The translations under genes were made by a program, and so were the position numbers. Positions 1-13,754 of a stretch of 64,000 nucleotides of DNA are shown in pieces (position 1 is the stretch's first letter; each line of letters begins with the position of its first letter). The notes beneath the pieces are model-generated. The model worked only from the letters and a program-made list of their open reading frames with translations. It ran no database searches and had not been told where the DNA came from. This DNA is from Octopus bimaculoides (lineage: Eukaryota): positions 2,686,294-2,750,293 of the forward strand of contig NC_068999.1 in NCBI RefSeq assembly GCF_001194135.2, written 5' to 3'.

Positions 1-1459
1 AATTAGGATAAATATGTTACTGAAACAAATAAAAGGGTTAAAAACTGAACTAAAATATAACAGAAAAGTTACCTTACGACAATCGATTTGGAGGCGAGCA
101 GGTCAGGTTAGGGCACAATAAGCAGGGCCGAACTCGGAAAATCGAGCAACATAGCCAAACAGTCTGAGCTGGGTTTACTGAATCGTACAAGTAACAAGAT
201 ACATCCCAGGTTCTGAGCAGAATCGTTGGCTGGCTACGAAATCCGACTATGGCGTGGCGTAGCCGCAGAGCAAAAGAATGAAGAGGAATGGTATAAATGG
301 GTATTTTCCTGAATAGAATCCAGTATTGAGACAGTAATATCAATTCCGTGGTAATTTCGTAACTCAGAGACTGGTTATTGTAAAATGGTAGTCTGTGAGA
401 GATTCCAAAGGGTAAAGTAATCCATTTTGTGAAAATAATAAACTTTTGATGGGCTGCAATTGTCAGTAATGGTCGTGAGCAGTGTCGGAAGTCTATTGCC
501 AACAGCCTTCGCAACAATTTCACACTGCGAAAAGCAAACTTGTTTTAAAAAATTGTTTTATTTTTAACGAAGTTCATACCATGCGAAGAAAGGGGTGGCA
601 GGCTGCTTCAAGCTTTCTTTTCAATGTAGCTTTTTATTTTATGCAAATTATTATTTACCTAAATTACACATGACCGTTCAATTACGTTCGTGTGAGTCAC
701 GGGTTCGAATCCCACGAATAACAATTTATCGTTCGGATGATACATTCATGACCGTTACATCAGATTGTAAATAATAAAATAAACTATTTTCATTAATGTT
801 GCCAACACTACTTAATAAACTTCTGATTGATTGATGAAACAAGTGAAGAAACTTGTGAACTGTTAATAGCTCAGAAAACATCTTTTGTATTGGATTGCTG
901 CAGAAAACTTTCTGCTAAAAGAATAGAATTTGATTTTATGAATATGTTGAGGATCGAGATGGAATTAAAGTTGAGTTGATGCACGCACTCACATATATAT
1001 ATATACATACATACATATATACAAAAACACCCTGTTGATGTTGAAATTCCAATGAAAGAGCCTTGGATCTGGGTTAGAAACCGATTCTTTCTCTATTGGC
1101 AAGAAATATTGAAATAAAACTTAATAATCACACACACACACACACACACACAGAATCAAAACGTGAAGTTCTATGTTTATGCCAGTCATATTTGTATAAA
1201 ACAGAACATATTTCTCCAGCATCATCTCTTTTGGTTCGAATCCACAGAGAGAAAGGTTTCTACCCAGGGTGATACTTTTATTCCGCCGTGCATCAACCAA
1301 ATATATTCTACATACATTAAAATGGTGTATATATGTGTAATGCAGGCGATTTCTCAGCCATTGCAACGAAGTCTATGGTTCTATACAGAACAGTGTTAGA
1401 TAGTTCATCGTGTATTTTTATATACTAATATATATTTCTTGTTCTTTTTCTTTGTTCAG

Positions 1460-2116
1460 GTTTGGTTCCAGAATCGCAGAGCAAAATGGCGCAAGAAAGA
1501 AAAGGTCGGTCCGCAATCCCATCTTTATGGCCCCTATTCCAATAACCTGAACGTTGGACGTGTTGGAGTGTTGTCCAGCCATCAAAGTTATGCGGATCTC
1601 TTGATGAAATCCTACGAAAATCATATTCTTGGTCGATACACCCTGGCCTCGGCCCAGGGTGCTAACCCACAGTTCTCACCCCCAACGGCAGCAGCTGCTG
1701 CTGCTGCTGCTGCTGCTGCCGCCGCAGCTGGCTTTTACAGTCCTATGGCGCTAGCAGCAGCAGCGGGACTATCGTCCACGTCATCGTCTCAGATAAGATC
1801 TTTTCCTTCGTTCAGCACACATTTACCTCCCCCTGGCTCTTTCCAGCATCTCTTGGCAAGTATGACGTCAACGGCAGCGAAGACCCGCGACGGCAACAGT
1901 AACAGTAACGGGTCGCCTGCCAGCAACAATGTTAGTTCTGGAGAGTCGACGTCGGCGTCGCAGTCTCCGCCGACCACAGCAGGGCTGACGGTCACTTCGG
2001 GAAGTTTCGCTGATGCTGACAGGCGTTCGTCAAGTATAGCTGCTCTTCGAATGAGAGCCAGAGAACACGAAATTAGGCTCGGGCTTAATGGCAAATGTAA
2101 CAGTATTGTTTATTAA
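1460..2116 (+). CDS. Arx: Aristaless/Arx-type PRD-class homeobox gene, terminal coding exon (upstream exons not found in the window)
   Basis: Acceptor ttctttgttcag|GTT at 1459/1460 is the typical PRD-class phase-0 intron before VWFQN. Translation: VWFQNRRAKWRKKEKVGPQSH (aristaless-type post-homeodomain KVGPQSH), SFQHLLASMT, and OAR motif DRRSSSIAALRMRAREHE. Stop TAA at 2114-2116. Confidence 0.93.
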   Translation, partial: VWFQNRRAKWRKKEKVGPQSHLYGPYSNNLNVGRVGVLSSHQSYADLLMKSYENHILGRYTLASAQGANPQFSPPTAAAAAAAAAAAAAAGFYSPMALAAAAGLSSTSSSQIRSFPSFSTHLPPPGSFQHLLASMTSTAAKTRDGNSNSNGSPASNNVSSGESTSASQSPPTTAGLTVTSGSFADADRRSSSIAALRMRAREHEIRLGLNGKCNSIVY

Positions 2117-2138
2117 GGGGCGAATATTTGGGGGAAAA

Positions 2139-2457
2139 AATAAAAAATAAAGAAAACAAAATATTGTAAAATTTACAACTAAATTTATAACAACGAAATT
2201 CTGTGAAATTTAGAGAAAATAATTGCATTAATTCCATTATTAACTAATATTTGTTCATAAACTAAATGGAAAGATAAGGGAGTTTCTTTTTTTTTTATTA
2301 TTTACATTAACATTTTTCTACCTGCCAAATTTCGCATTTAATTCAAAAGATTCGAGAAATCCAAGAAATAAAACTGAACGAAAAAAAAAAAACATGAAAC
2401 TATGAGAATCTAAAGTCAAAAAAGCAGCCGTTTGTTTTTTTCACTTCCAACAATAAA
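2139..2457 (+). terminator. Candidate poly(A) signals of the Arx 3' UTR
   Basis: AATAAA at 2139, 2146, 2367 and 2452 downstream of the stop codon; which one is used is unknown. Confidence 0.4.
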
Positions 2458-3336
2458 ATTGTACAACTAAGTGTAGGAAAATGCAATATTAACAAGAACA
2501 ATTCTGGAAGGACATTTTTGCTTCAGATCCTTTTAATATTGTATTGCCAGAAATAATTTTAATTTGTACTGCAAAAAAACAACAAAAAAAGCGAAAACAA
2601 AAAGGAAACAAAAACACAAAACAAAACTAGTTTTAATTGCATAACACGACCAAGGGTCCTGTTACATGTACAATAGAGTCTTTTAATTATTTCATCGACC
2701 AATTTGATCAAAATCTTCATTCTCTTTCCACAGTATTTCCGATCTCTTTTCACTGATGTCCATGTATGGATGTATGTAATTCTGTGCATGTGTTCATGTG
2801 ATATGTGTGTATGTTTTTATGTGTATGTCTGAGACAAGATGTGCATGCATATGTGTGTGTGTACATATTTATATATATATATATATATATATNNNNNNNN
2901 NNNNNNNNNNNNNNNNNNNNNNNNNNNNNNNNNNNNNNNNNNNNNNNNNNNNNNNNNNNNNNNNNNNNNNNNNNNNNNNNNNNNNNNNNNNNNNNNNNNN
3001 NNNNNNNNNNNNNNNNNNNNNNNNNNNNNNNNNNNNNNNNNNNNNNNNNNNNNNNNNNNNNNNNNNNNNNNNNNNNNNNNNNNNNNNNNNNNNNNNNNNN
3101 NNNNNNNNNNNNNNNNNNNNNNNNNNNNNNNNNNNNNNNNNNNNNNNNNNNNNNNNNNNNNNNNNNNNNNNNNNNNNNNNNNNNNNNNNNNNNNNNNNNN
3201 NNNNNNNNNNNNNNNNNNNNNNNNNNNNNNNNNNNNNNNNNNNNNNNNNNNNNNNNNNNNNNNNNNNNNNNNNNNNNNNNTATATATATAAAGTACGATT
3301 TATTCGTAATCAGAGGTGTTCGTAAACCGAGTTACT

Positions 3337-3382
<46 letters not shown>

Positions 3383-3419
3383 CATACACAAAGGCATATA
3401 TATACATACATATACAAAT

Positions 3420-3479
<60 letters not shown>

Positions 3480-3967
3480 TTGTATTTGTAAATATATATA
3501 TATATGTGTGTGTGCGTATGTATATATGCATGTGGCTGTGTGCGCGTATGTCTATGTGTGTATGTGAGTAAGCACACGTGTTTATTTAATTAAAATCATA
3601 TATTTCGAATTGCCTGATAATCTTTTTTCTGTTCTTGTATTTGGTTTGCAAAATTCTTAATGTGAACACGTGTGTTGAAACACATTTTGTTGTATCTTGG
3701 TCGATGAGTGGAGGTGGGGGAGGTCATAACGCCTGTAATAAACACACGCACTGGCTTTATCTCACTCTCTTATTATTAGCCAATTGCTAAGTTATTTAAT
3801 CAATCAATTAATCGATTGCTTGCTTAATCAGTCGGTTAATCAATCAATCAGTTGTTTGTCAAAGTCCTTTCGTCGCTTTTCGCAACCTCATCAATGACAT
3901 GCTCTCCTTACTGCAGGCCTGCTTCAAGTCTGTTTCTTGTTTGGTTACTATTTGTGTAGTGTTTTAG

Positions 3968-4170
3968 GCGATGAGCTGGAAGAATTGTTTGCACCTCAAG
4001 CAAAATGCTTTGTGGCATTTCGTCTGTCTTCATGTTCTGATTTCAAATTTCGCCGAGGTCGACTTTGCCTTTCATCCTTTCGGAGTCGATAAAATAAGTA
4101 CCATTTGGGCAATGTAATCGACTTAGTCCCCCTCCTCCGAAATTGTTGACCTAGTGCCAAAATGTGGAAT
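3968..4170 (+). mobile_element. tRNA-derived SINE family A with central domain GGTCGACTTTGCCTTTCATCCTTTCGGGGTCGAT and (ATT)n tail
   Basis: Recurs at ~6675-6850, 7440-7575, 11380-11520, 17095-17300, 31250-31455, 35680-35830, 46850-47030 and 61590-62210. The core resembles the Nin/Deu-type SINE domain (from memory, unverified). Confidence 0.7.
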
Positions 4171-6351
4171 CAATATTTATATAGTATAGCCATATCTCTA
4201 GTTCGTTGGTTAAATAAGTAATCAACTGACTAATAGCAAAGAAATGAAACAGAACCAGTGCGTGTGGTTATTACTGACGTGACGACCCTCCCAAGATACA
4301 ATCTTTTTTTATTTTCTGTTTATTCTCAGTTTCCAGTAGCATGTGATAGCCGATTTAGTGATCGAGTTCTGAACAGCCCTCCACGCAGCCGAGTATCACT
4401 CAACACTCAAACTACATTACTTTTAGATCGTCTTCATTCAGAGTGTTCCTCAATGCAAATTACAACACACTAATCTTTTAAGTTAACGATCGATGTTTCA
4501 GAGAGTAACACTCAATCAGTTTCCATTTCCAGCAACCAGCTTGACTTTGCCTGTTTTCATAACCCAAGGCTTGACGGAACCACACTGTATACATTCACAG
4601 AAGTCCAGAAAAACTGATGTAATGATAATCAAAATACTCGCCGTTACTTTGTTTCCAGCTATTACAGAATGCTTCTTACAATGGGTAACAGACAATATAC
4701 CAAAGTGATTAGGAATGTATTTAAGATAATTAGGTAAAATCTAGGAAAAAATATTAATACTGAAAATCAAAAAAAAAAAAAAATACGTATCGCAAATCGA
4801 GGAGATAAATCATATAGAACAAATCAAACGGTTTTATATTTATAAAATAGAACAAGTGAAACGGTTTGTATCTGTGATGTAGAAGTCAAAGAGTTTTACG
4901 TTGGTTGCAGACGTTTAAGATTTTGGTACTGAGCTCAAGTTTCTGCTTTTCTAGGTCACTTTCTTGCGAAAGTTTCGAACGTGTAACCTGATTCTATAAG
5001 TGGAGAAGCTACACACAGAGACACATCATTTAATAGGAGCCTGTATGTTGTCAATTGACCTGCAATAAATTGCTGACAAACCTCTCTCAAATAACACTGT
5101 CTCGAAAAAGGACGGTGTACACTGGACAATGTCGAGCTACACGTTCCTAAAATAGACGGGTTGGCTTTTGGCACCAAACAACAACATATTTACTCGCAGT
5201 TTAGATAAGATGTAACATGACAGTTTTTCTTCTTTTCTTATTTATTTTTTTGTTTTACTCAACCCTCTGATTTTCATCAATATTTTCACCATTTTCATGC
5301 AATATTTCTTTGCAAGGTGTCAAGGGGTAAGTTAACGGTGAACAAAATCCACAGTTCGATTTCGACTCTCGTTTGCTTCTCTATTCATTTTACTTTGTTC
5401 ATGTCTTTGAAATCCGTGTATCTCTATCAGAAAGTATCACAGTGAAAGACCTCAACGATTTCAAACAAAAATAATTTTGACTGCCTCACTTTGGAATGAA
5501 TTATTTCTCCAAGAACTTAAATTTCGATGTAGCAATATTTTCGGTAAACTGTTGCATTTTCTGTCAATGACAGAAAATGTTATGAGATAGTTCTAACAAC
5601 GACAACAGCAACAACAACAACAACAACAACAACAACGAAAGCTTCAACTACAACAACTGTTTAGTAATTGATTTGGACTGATTCCCATTTTCCTCCTTTT
5701 ATCCCACTTTTATCCCTCTTTTATCCCCTATATTCCCTGAGGTTCCAGTCGAAACTCACTACGATCTCGAGTTAAAGGCTCCCTCAGTTAATTCATCTGA
5801 AGATTAACCAGTTATTTAACAGGGTTCACAGTTGTGGCTTCAAAGTTGGAGTAGTATTCATCGTATTTTCGATAAATAGTCTCCCACGCCAAATAAGCGA
5901 CTTGTCGCTTCGCGTAGTATGTATGTACGTATGTATGTATGTGTGTGTGTCTGCGTGCGCATATGTATAAGTATGTATGTATGTATGCAAGTTGGTTGGT
6001 AGGTATGCGATGCGATACGAGTCCAGTTGTTTACATACCTCAATGTTGAAGGGAAACACACGTGTCACGATACACAGACGTCAATGTCATGTTCCACAAA
6101 ACTAAATTAATTAAATATTTCGAAGTCGAATTTATATTTCAGGTAAACAGACAGGATGTTCGTGGTTGTGGATACAACGTGCGTGTGTGTGTGTGTGCGT
6201 GCACGTGTGTGTGTGCGTGCACGTGTGTGTGTGCGTGCACGTGTGTGTGTGGTTTGACATTAAACTATATAATTTTAATTTGTGTAGTAATATATTGTCA
6301 TGTGAAGAGTGTTGGTTTGTGGTGAGGGTCAGTCTGTTGTTATTATCATCA

Positions 6352-6404
<53 letters not shown>

Positions 6405-6616
6405 GTTCAGTAGTTTTATTTTTATAACGTGCTTTCACTTCACTACCGAGCGCAGCTCTGTGCGCCTTGGGTATGTGCTGTGGTTTGCTGTGGTGCTCTT
6501 ATGTTTACTGTATTGAAAGTGTTTTGCGTAGGATGTGTGCAGTACCCAGTAGTGCAATTTTCTGTATGTTATATATATTTGTAAGTCCTGCTATTTTTGT
6601 TATGTATTTGTCTGAA

Positions 6617-6673
<57 letters not shown>

Positions 6674-6844
6674 CGTTAGTCCGCCGGACAAAATGCTTCA
6701 CAACATTTCGTCCGTCTACATTCTCAGTTCAAATTCCACCGAGGACGATGTCAATGAAATAAATACCAGTGAAATACTGGGTTGATATTATATCGACTAT
6801 CCCCCTCCCCCAAAATTTCAGGCCTTGTGCCTACAACAGAAAGG

Positions 6845-6908
<64 letters not shown>

Positions 6909-7287
6909 GCACACCGGACAAAATACCAAGCAACATTTCGGCCGTCAGGATTTGGGAAAGAAATTAGTGAACGGTGAGGAGGAGATGTCAGCAGCAATCC
7001 CCACCCCATCATATTTACATTAACAATATACTAATATTTAATGTTAGTTCTACCACATTGCACCAATAACAGACTGTATTCCATTGTACTCCATTGTACA
7101 CCACATTATACTAACAAGCCACTACTGTAACCCTACAATATACCATCGTACGTCCATAGCCGACCGACATCCACTTGGCGCTTCTCTAACGCATCATTGC
7201 ACAAACAGAACTCGTACCACATCACATTAATAATACTCCGCATTAACATCACACCACATTAACACAGCCAGGCACTAACACTAAACA

Positions 7288-7325
<38 letters not shown>

Positions 7326-8512
7326 GACAAGAATTTTGCTGAATATTTTCCATTAGTCTATAAAGACGGCATCTTAGGCGTACGGTGAATTCTCACGGTG
7401 AGTAATTACAAGAACAATAGCAACAACAACTTAAATAAAGATCCTTTCTACTACAGGCACAAGGGCGGAGATTTCAGGAAAGGGTCAAGTCGATTACATC
7501 GACCCCAATGCTCGACACTGAAAGGATGAAAAGCAAGGTCGACCTCGGTGGAATTTATACTCAGAACGTAAACCTTCAGTCAACATTTTAGCTGATCTTT
7601 GATGTCTTCAGATTTACCTTTAAATTGAGCAAATCCCTGATTTTCTTTTTTTCCGAGTTTAGTCATTCTTCGACATTGGGCTCCTCCATATTTTCTATCT
7701 TTCAACCATTTTTTCTCTGTTTATTCTTTCCCTTTTTCCTCTTCAACAGTTTGCAAAATCTGTAGCTTCCTTTTCTCTTCCATTGTCCTAAGATAATTGA
7801 GGTTCTTTTTAATGTGAGAGGTTGGTGGCTTCGGTTTCCTGCTAATCAGTTTCTAGGACTCTTTCATTATTTCTCAATCCTCGACTGGCGTGCCTTCAGA
7901 ATAACATCTTTTATGATTCTCTCTTATGGTGGCTGCCGTCGATCTTCTCTTCTCGTTTACCAGTTGTTCTGAAGAAAAAAAGCCTTTACTTCATCGCAGA
8001 TGATAGAATGTGATTAGAGGATGTTTAGGTTGCTATTTCTGACTTGTGTCAAATGACTCCATAGAGAATCCCTGTCATCAGGGGCCACAGATGGAGGAAT
8101 AAATCAGCAGAATATCCCAAGAATGCATTGTTATCGAGATTGCCGGGGAAAATTATGAAGTTTGGCAGGAACGGAATTCGCGACGTCACTGTAACAATGA
8201 ATTTATTTGATGCACCTTGGCTTTGTGAATAAATCTAGATAAGCTTGGATTTTCAGAAAAAGAAATCAACCAACTAACTCGCACATTATAAATACAATTT
8301 GTAAGTGGAACAATAAAAATATGCAAGACTTCTCTCAGGTTCAAAATATGATGTTGTTGTTGTTGTTATCTACATTCCATCGATGGAGATTTGTATCTTT
8401 GTTAGAAACCAGCTCTTTTCTCAATGGAAGAATTTAAATAATTAAAAACAGATAGCATATTTACATACATACATGTGTGTGTGTTTGTGTGTGCGTGTGT
8501 GTACAAATATGA

Positions 8513-8573
<61 letters not shown>

Positions 8574-8648
8574 CGTGTATTATATATATATCTATATACA
8601 TATATACAAACATGTATATATATACATATACATATACGTACATGAATA

Positions 8649-8697
<49 letters not shown>

Positions 8698-8740
8698 TTA
8701 CATATGCATATGTGTATATATATAGGTGTATGTATGTATG

Positions 8741-8802
<62 letters not shown>

Positions 8803-9186
8803 TAGATAGATAGATAGATACATATATATCAACATACTGACAAACACACACATACATACATACACACATGCAGACATACATGCACACATGCATATATGCA
8901 CAGGCATATGTGCATGCCGCTATGTAAGAAGTGCTGATAGGAGACTTCTGTTCCTCAATTTGTTTATATAATTAGAAATATGAATAATTTAGTTAGATAA
9001 AATATACGTCTTGCAGGTTTTGTCTGATAGAGAGGAAGATGATGTGTGCAGTTAAAGCTACAAAACCGCGCGTGCGCACACAAACGCACGTACGCACACA
9101 CACACATCTATTGTATACATATGCATATGTCATGTACGTACATACACACACTCACATATATACATATGCAAATATACATGCATATG

Positions 9187-9239
<53 letters not shown>

Positions 9240-9601
9240 NNNNNNNNNNNNNNNNNNNNNNNNNNNNNNNNNNNNNNNNNNNNNNNNNNNNNNNNNNNNN
9301 NNNNNNNNNNNNNNNNNNNNNNNNNNNNNNNNNNNNNNNNNNNNNNNNNNNNNNNNNNNNNNNNNNNNNNNNNNNNNNNNNNNNNNNNNNNNNNNNNNNN
9401 NNNNNNNNNNNNNNNNNNNNNNNNNNNNNNNNNNNNNNNNNNNNNNNNNNNNNNNNNNNNNNNNNNNNNNNNNNNNNNNNNNNNNNNNNNNNNNNNNNNN
9501 NNNNNNNNNNNNNNNNNNNNNNNNNNNNNNNNNNNNNNNNNNNNNNNNNNNNNNNNNNNNNNNNNNNNNNNNNNNNNNNNNNNNNNNNNNNNNNNNNNNN
9601 N

Positions 9602-9665
<64 letters not shown>

Positions 9666-12427
9666 AAACGCATTTGTAACAATGTATGCCTTCAATTTTC
9701 TTTTATTTATTAGAATTCTTCCTAGAATGTGAGAGCTGGTTTCTAACAAAGACAGAAAACTCGATCAATGGAATTTGGATTACAATAACGATAAGGGTCC
9801 ATTATTAAAGTTTAGAAAAGTCTTGCATATTTTTACTGCTCCACTTACAATTGTATCCGTTAACTACGTGTCCGCTGATTTCTTTCTTCTTTCTTCTTTT
9901 TGCTTGAAAATCCTTGAAAATCCTTGCTTTCCAAGATTGTCATTTAGACTTTTAATAACATAACCGAATGAATTGGTAATTATTGGTATGGATGTGAATT
10001 TATTAGCAGGTTAGAAGAACTGCGGGTTTCCTAGCGATTGTCCCTAAGTATTATTAGCTTTGTTGGATCTATGTAAAGTAACTTTTGCTCAAGCTGATTG
10101 TCTAAGAAATAAGTTCTTGATTTTTGCATTATTTTCAAGAACCATTCCAGCATGTATGTATGCAAACAGAGGTGACAGAGGTTAGATCTGTGTAGTATTC
10201 TGTCGGTTACGACGACAAGGGTTTCAATTGGTCTGATCAACAGAACAGCCTGCTTGTGAAATTAACATGCAAGTGGCTGAGCACTCCATAGACACGTGCA
10301 CTCTTAACGTACTTCTCAGGGAGATTCAGCCTGACACAGGATGTGAAATCGCTGGCTTTTTCAAATCCAGCTACTACTCATTTTAGCCAGCTGAGTGGAC
10401 GGGAGCAACGTGAAATAAAACTGTCTTGCTGAAGGACACAATGCGCCGCTAGAAATCGAACTCATGACCTTTCGATGCACCTTCACAATTTGTATGGAAG
10501 CACCTGTGAAAGACAGTGAATATTGCGTGCTTTGTGTTGAAAGATAGTTTCCAAACCTCTCTTCAACTGAGCAACACAGTGTTATCTGCCGGTTTTGAAA
10601 ATAAAGTGAGATGCCACAACTTGGTTTTAACATACATTTTATATTGGGTGTATATAATAGTATATCGTTGATATTATGTTAAACTGTCGTATGTTCAAAT
10701 TTTGTCAAATGTGTTTTTTTTTTCAATATTTAATTTTGCTTGCAATAACTGGTTCTTTTGGTCAAACTCATCATATCTCCAGCTGCCTCAGATGAAAATT
10801 GTCAAAGTGTAGCACAACGGTTTAGCATTTTTCAAAAGTGTCATAAGTCTCAAATACGACAGTTTTGCAAAAATATTTCTGACTGAAAAATATCATACAT
10901 GCATGGAGTTACGATTTTATGCTCCCAAGAAAGTATCATTGTTAAGCTGAAATTGTTGCTAATGTAAACAGAAGTGGAATGGTGAAACTATTTTTTTTCC
11001 TTTTCTGAAAAAGCAACGTTTTGGACTTACGACACTTTTGCATAATAGCAACGATANNNNNNNNNNNNNNNNNNNNNNNNNNNNNNNNNNNNNNNNNNNN
11101 NNNNNNNNNNNNNNNNNNNNNNNNNNNNNNNNNNNNNNNNNNNNNNNNNNNNNNNNNNNNNNNNNNNNNNNNNNNNNNNNNNNNNNNNNNNNNNNNNNNN
11201 NNNNNNNNNNNNNNNNNNNNNNNNNNNNNNNNNNNNNNNNNNNNNNNNNNNNNNNNNNNNNNNNNNNNNNNNNNNNNNNNNNNNNNNNNNNNNNNNNNNN
11301 NNNNNNNNNNNNNNNNNNNNNNNNNNNNNNNNNCTTATACGTATGCGCGCGCGATTGAGTGAGTGTGAGTGTGTGTTGATTTGAACTCAGAACGTAAAGA
11401 CGAACGAAATGCCGCTAAGCGTTTCCCCCTTGCGTGCTAAGGCTTCGGTTAACTCAGAGTCTTAATGAGAGTAATAATCCTTTCTACTAAAAGCACAAGG
11501 CCTGAAATTTGTGAGGAGCTACTGCCTGAAGAACCATTTTGGGCGAAACGTATAAGTCCTTGTGCTTCGTCTTTCTGTCTCATAAATTTCGACTCTACCC
11601 ATCTATTCAGTACTTTTTCAATGAATGTTACCTGCTGTTCATAATATATTAACATGTATACATAAACACACGTGCATGTATGTATGTATGTATGTATGTA
11701 TGTATGTATGTATGTACGCACGTACGTATGCATGTTTGTATGCATGTACGTACGTATGTGTGTATGTATGTAAATACGTATGTATATATGTTTGTATGTA
11801 TGTATGTATGTACGTACGTACGTATGTATGTATGTATGTTTGTATGTTTGTATGCATATATGTACGTAGGTATGTTTATTATAATATTATTAAAAGCCCT
11901 AACTTCAAATAAATGGTTAAATATACGCTCATATCTGTATATACATATATACATACATAATATATGCATTCATGCATACACATGTGTGTGTATCGTGTGT
12001 GCGTATGATGTACATCGTGTACGTGTGCTTGTTGTGTGTATATAATGTATGTGTGAATACATACATACATACATATATATGTATATATATATATATATAT
12101 ATATNNNNNNNNNNNNNNNNNNNNNNNNNNNNNNNNNNNNNNNNNNNNNNNNNNNNNNNNNNNNNNNNNNNNNNNNNNNNNNNNNNNNNNNNNNNNNNNN
12201 NNNNNNNNNNNNNNNNNNNNNNNNNNNNNNNNNNNNNNNNNNNNNNNNNNNNNNNNNNNNNNNNNNNNNNNNNNNNNNNNNNNNNNNNNNNNNNNNNNNN
12301 NNNNNNNNNNNNNNNNNNNNNNNNNNNNNNNNNNNNNNNNNNNNNNNNNNNNNNNNNNNNNNNNNNNNNNNNNNNNNNNNNNNNNNNNNNNNNNNNNNNN
12401 NNNNNNNNNNNNNNNNNNNNNNNNNNN

Positions 12428-12458
<31 letters not shown>

Positions 12459-12480
12459 CAGAGAGAGAGTGTGTGTGTGA

Positions 12481-12530
<50 letters not shown>

Positions 12531-13076
12531 CAGACAGACAGACAAAGTGAGTGAAGGAAGGGGGATTATAAATACTTATACTTATACATATATATATATA
12601 TATATGCACATACATAAGAATACATATATACACGCACGGATATATGCAAATGTGTGTGTGTTGGTCCTACAACTCCTTTTGGGGTCGTAGTGGAGCCATT
12701 CTGACATACAGCATGTCGTGGACATTTCAAAAACCCGGTGGAGCTCACTCTAATCCAAGAAAGGATAAAAAGCTTTAAGTCGGCAGGATTCGAATCAAAA
12801 ATGCAGAGAACAAGAACGAATACTGCAAGGTAATCTACCTGATCTAAGGATATGGTTATTTCTATCTATCTATCTATCTATCTCTATTTCTCTCCCTCTC
12901 CTTATCTCTCTTTCTATATCTCTATCTGTCTCACTTTCCATATATGTATGTATGTATGTGTGTGCGTGTATGTACGTGTGTATATGCGTGTGTTGTGTTT
13001 ATATGTATGTATGTATATATATGTGTTTGTGTGTGTATGTGTATGGATATGTATTATACATACACACACACTATAC

Positions 13077-13160
<84 letters not shown>

Positions 13161-13715
13161 GTATACACATACTATATATATATATTTGTATGTATACATG
13201 TATATATATATATACATGTATAAACTAGCGAAGGCAAAATGCTTTCGTTCTCAAATTTCGCGATTTTTCACTTCTTTATTTATTTATACATTTATTTATT
13301 TTCTTCACTCTTTCTTTCTTTCTTTCTTATTTTTCCTGTTTTTCATTGTCTTTTTATTCCAGTTTTATTTCTTTCTTGACTTCTTTCTTTTCTTACCGTT
13401 TCGCTCTCCTCCTCCTCTCCCCCCTCTCTCTCTTTCCTTAAATTAAATTGACCAGAGATGAAAGCAAAGAGATAATTAGTTATTATAGTCGCCATTTTGT
13501 AGTCGTGTTTTTCAATAGTAAATATATGGAGTGGAAATGATAACGAGGAATGTGAAAGAGTTAACGGATGATATTGATAAATCNNNNNNNNNNNNNNNNN
13601 NNNNNNNNNNNNNNNNNNNNNNNNNNNNNNNNNNNNNNNNNNNNNNNNNNNNNNNNNNNNNNNNNNNNNNNNNNNNNNNNNNNNNNNNNNNNNNNNNNNN
13701 NNNNNNNNNNNNNNN

Positions 13716-13754
<39 letters not shown>

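Noticed and set aside
74-523. 149-aa minus-strand ORF containing LPFGIS
   Set aside because: Only a fleeting resemblance to RT MPFGL; no other motif, no homeobox exon and no splice support.
1789-2094. 101-aa antisense ORF over the Arx exon
   Set aside because: Shadow frame of a GC-richer coding exon.
8040-8260. Possible Tc1 transposase tail (SIENP..ISQECI)
   Set aside because: Similarity too weak and no terminal inverted repeat recognised.
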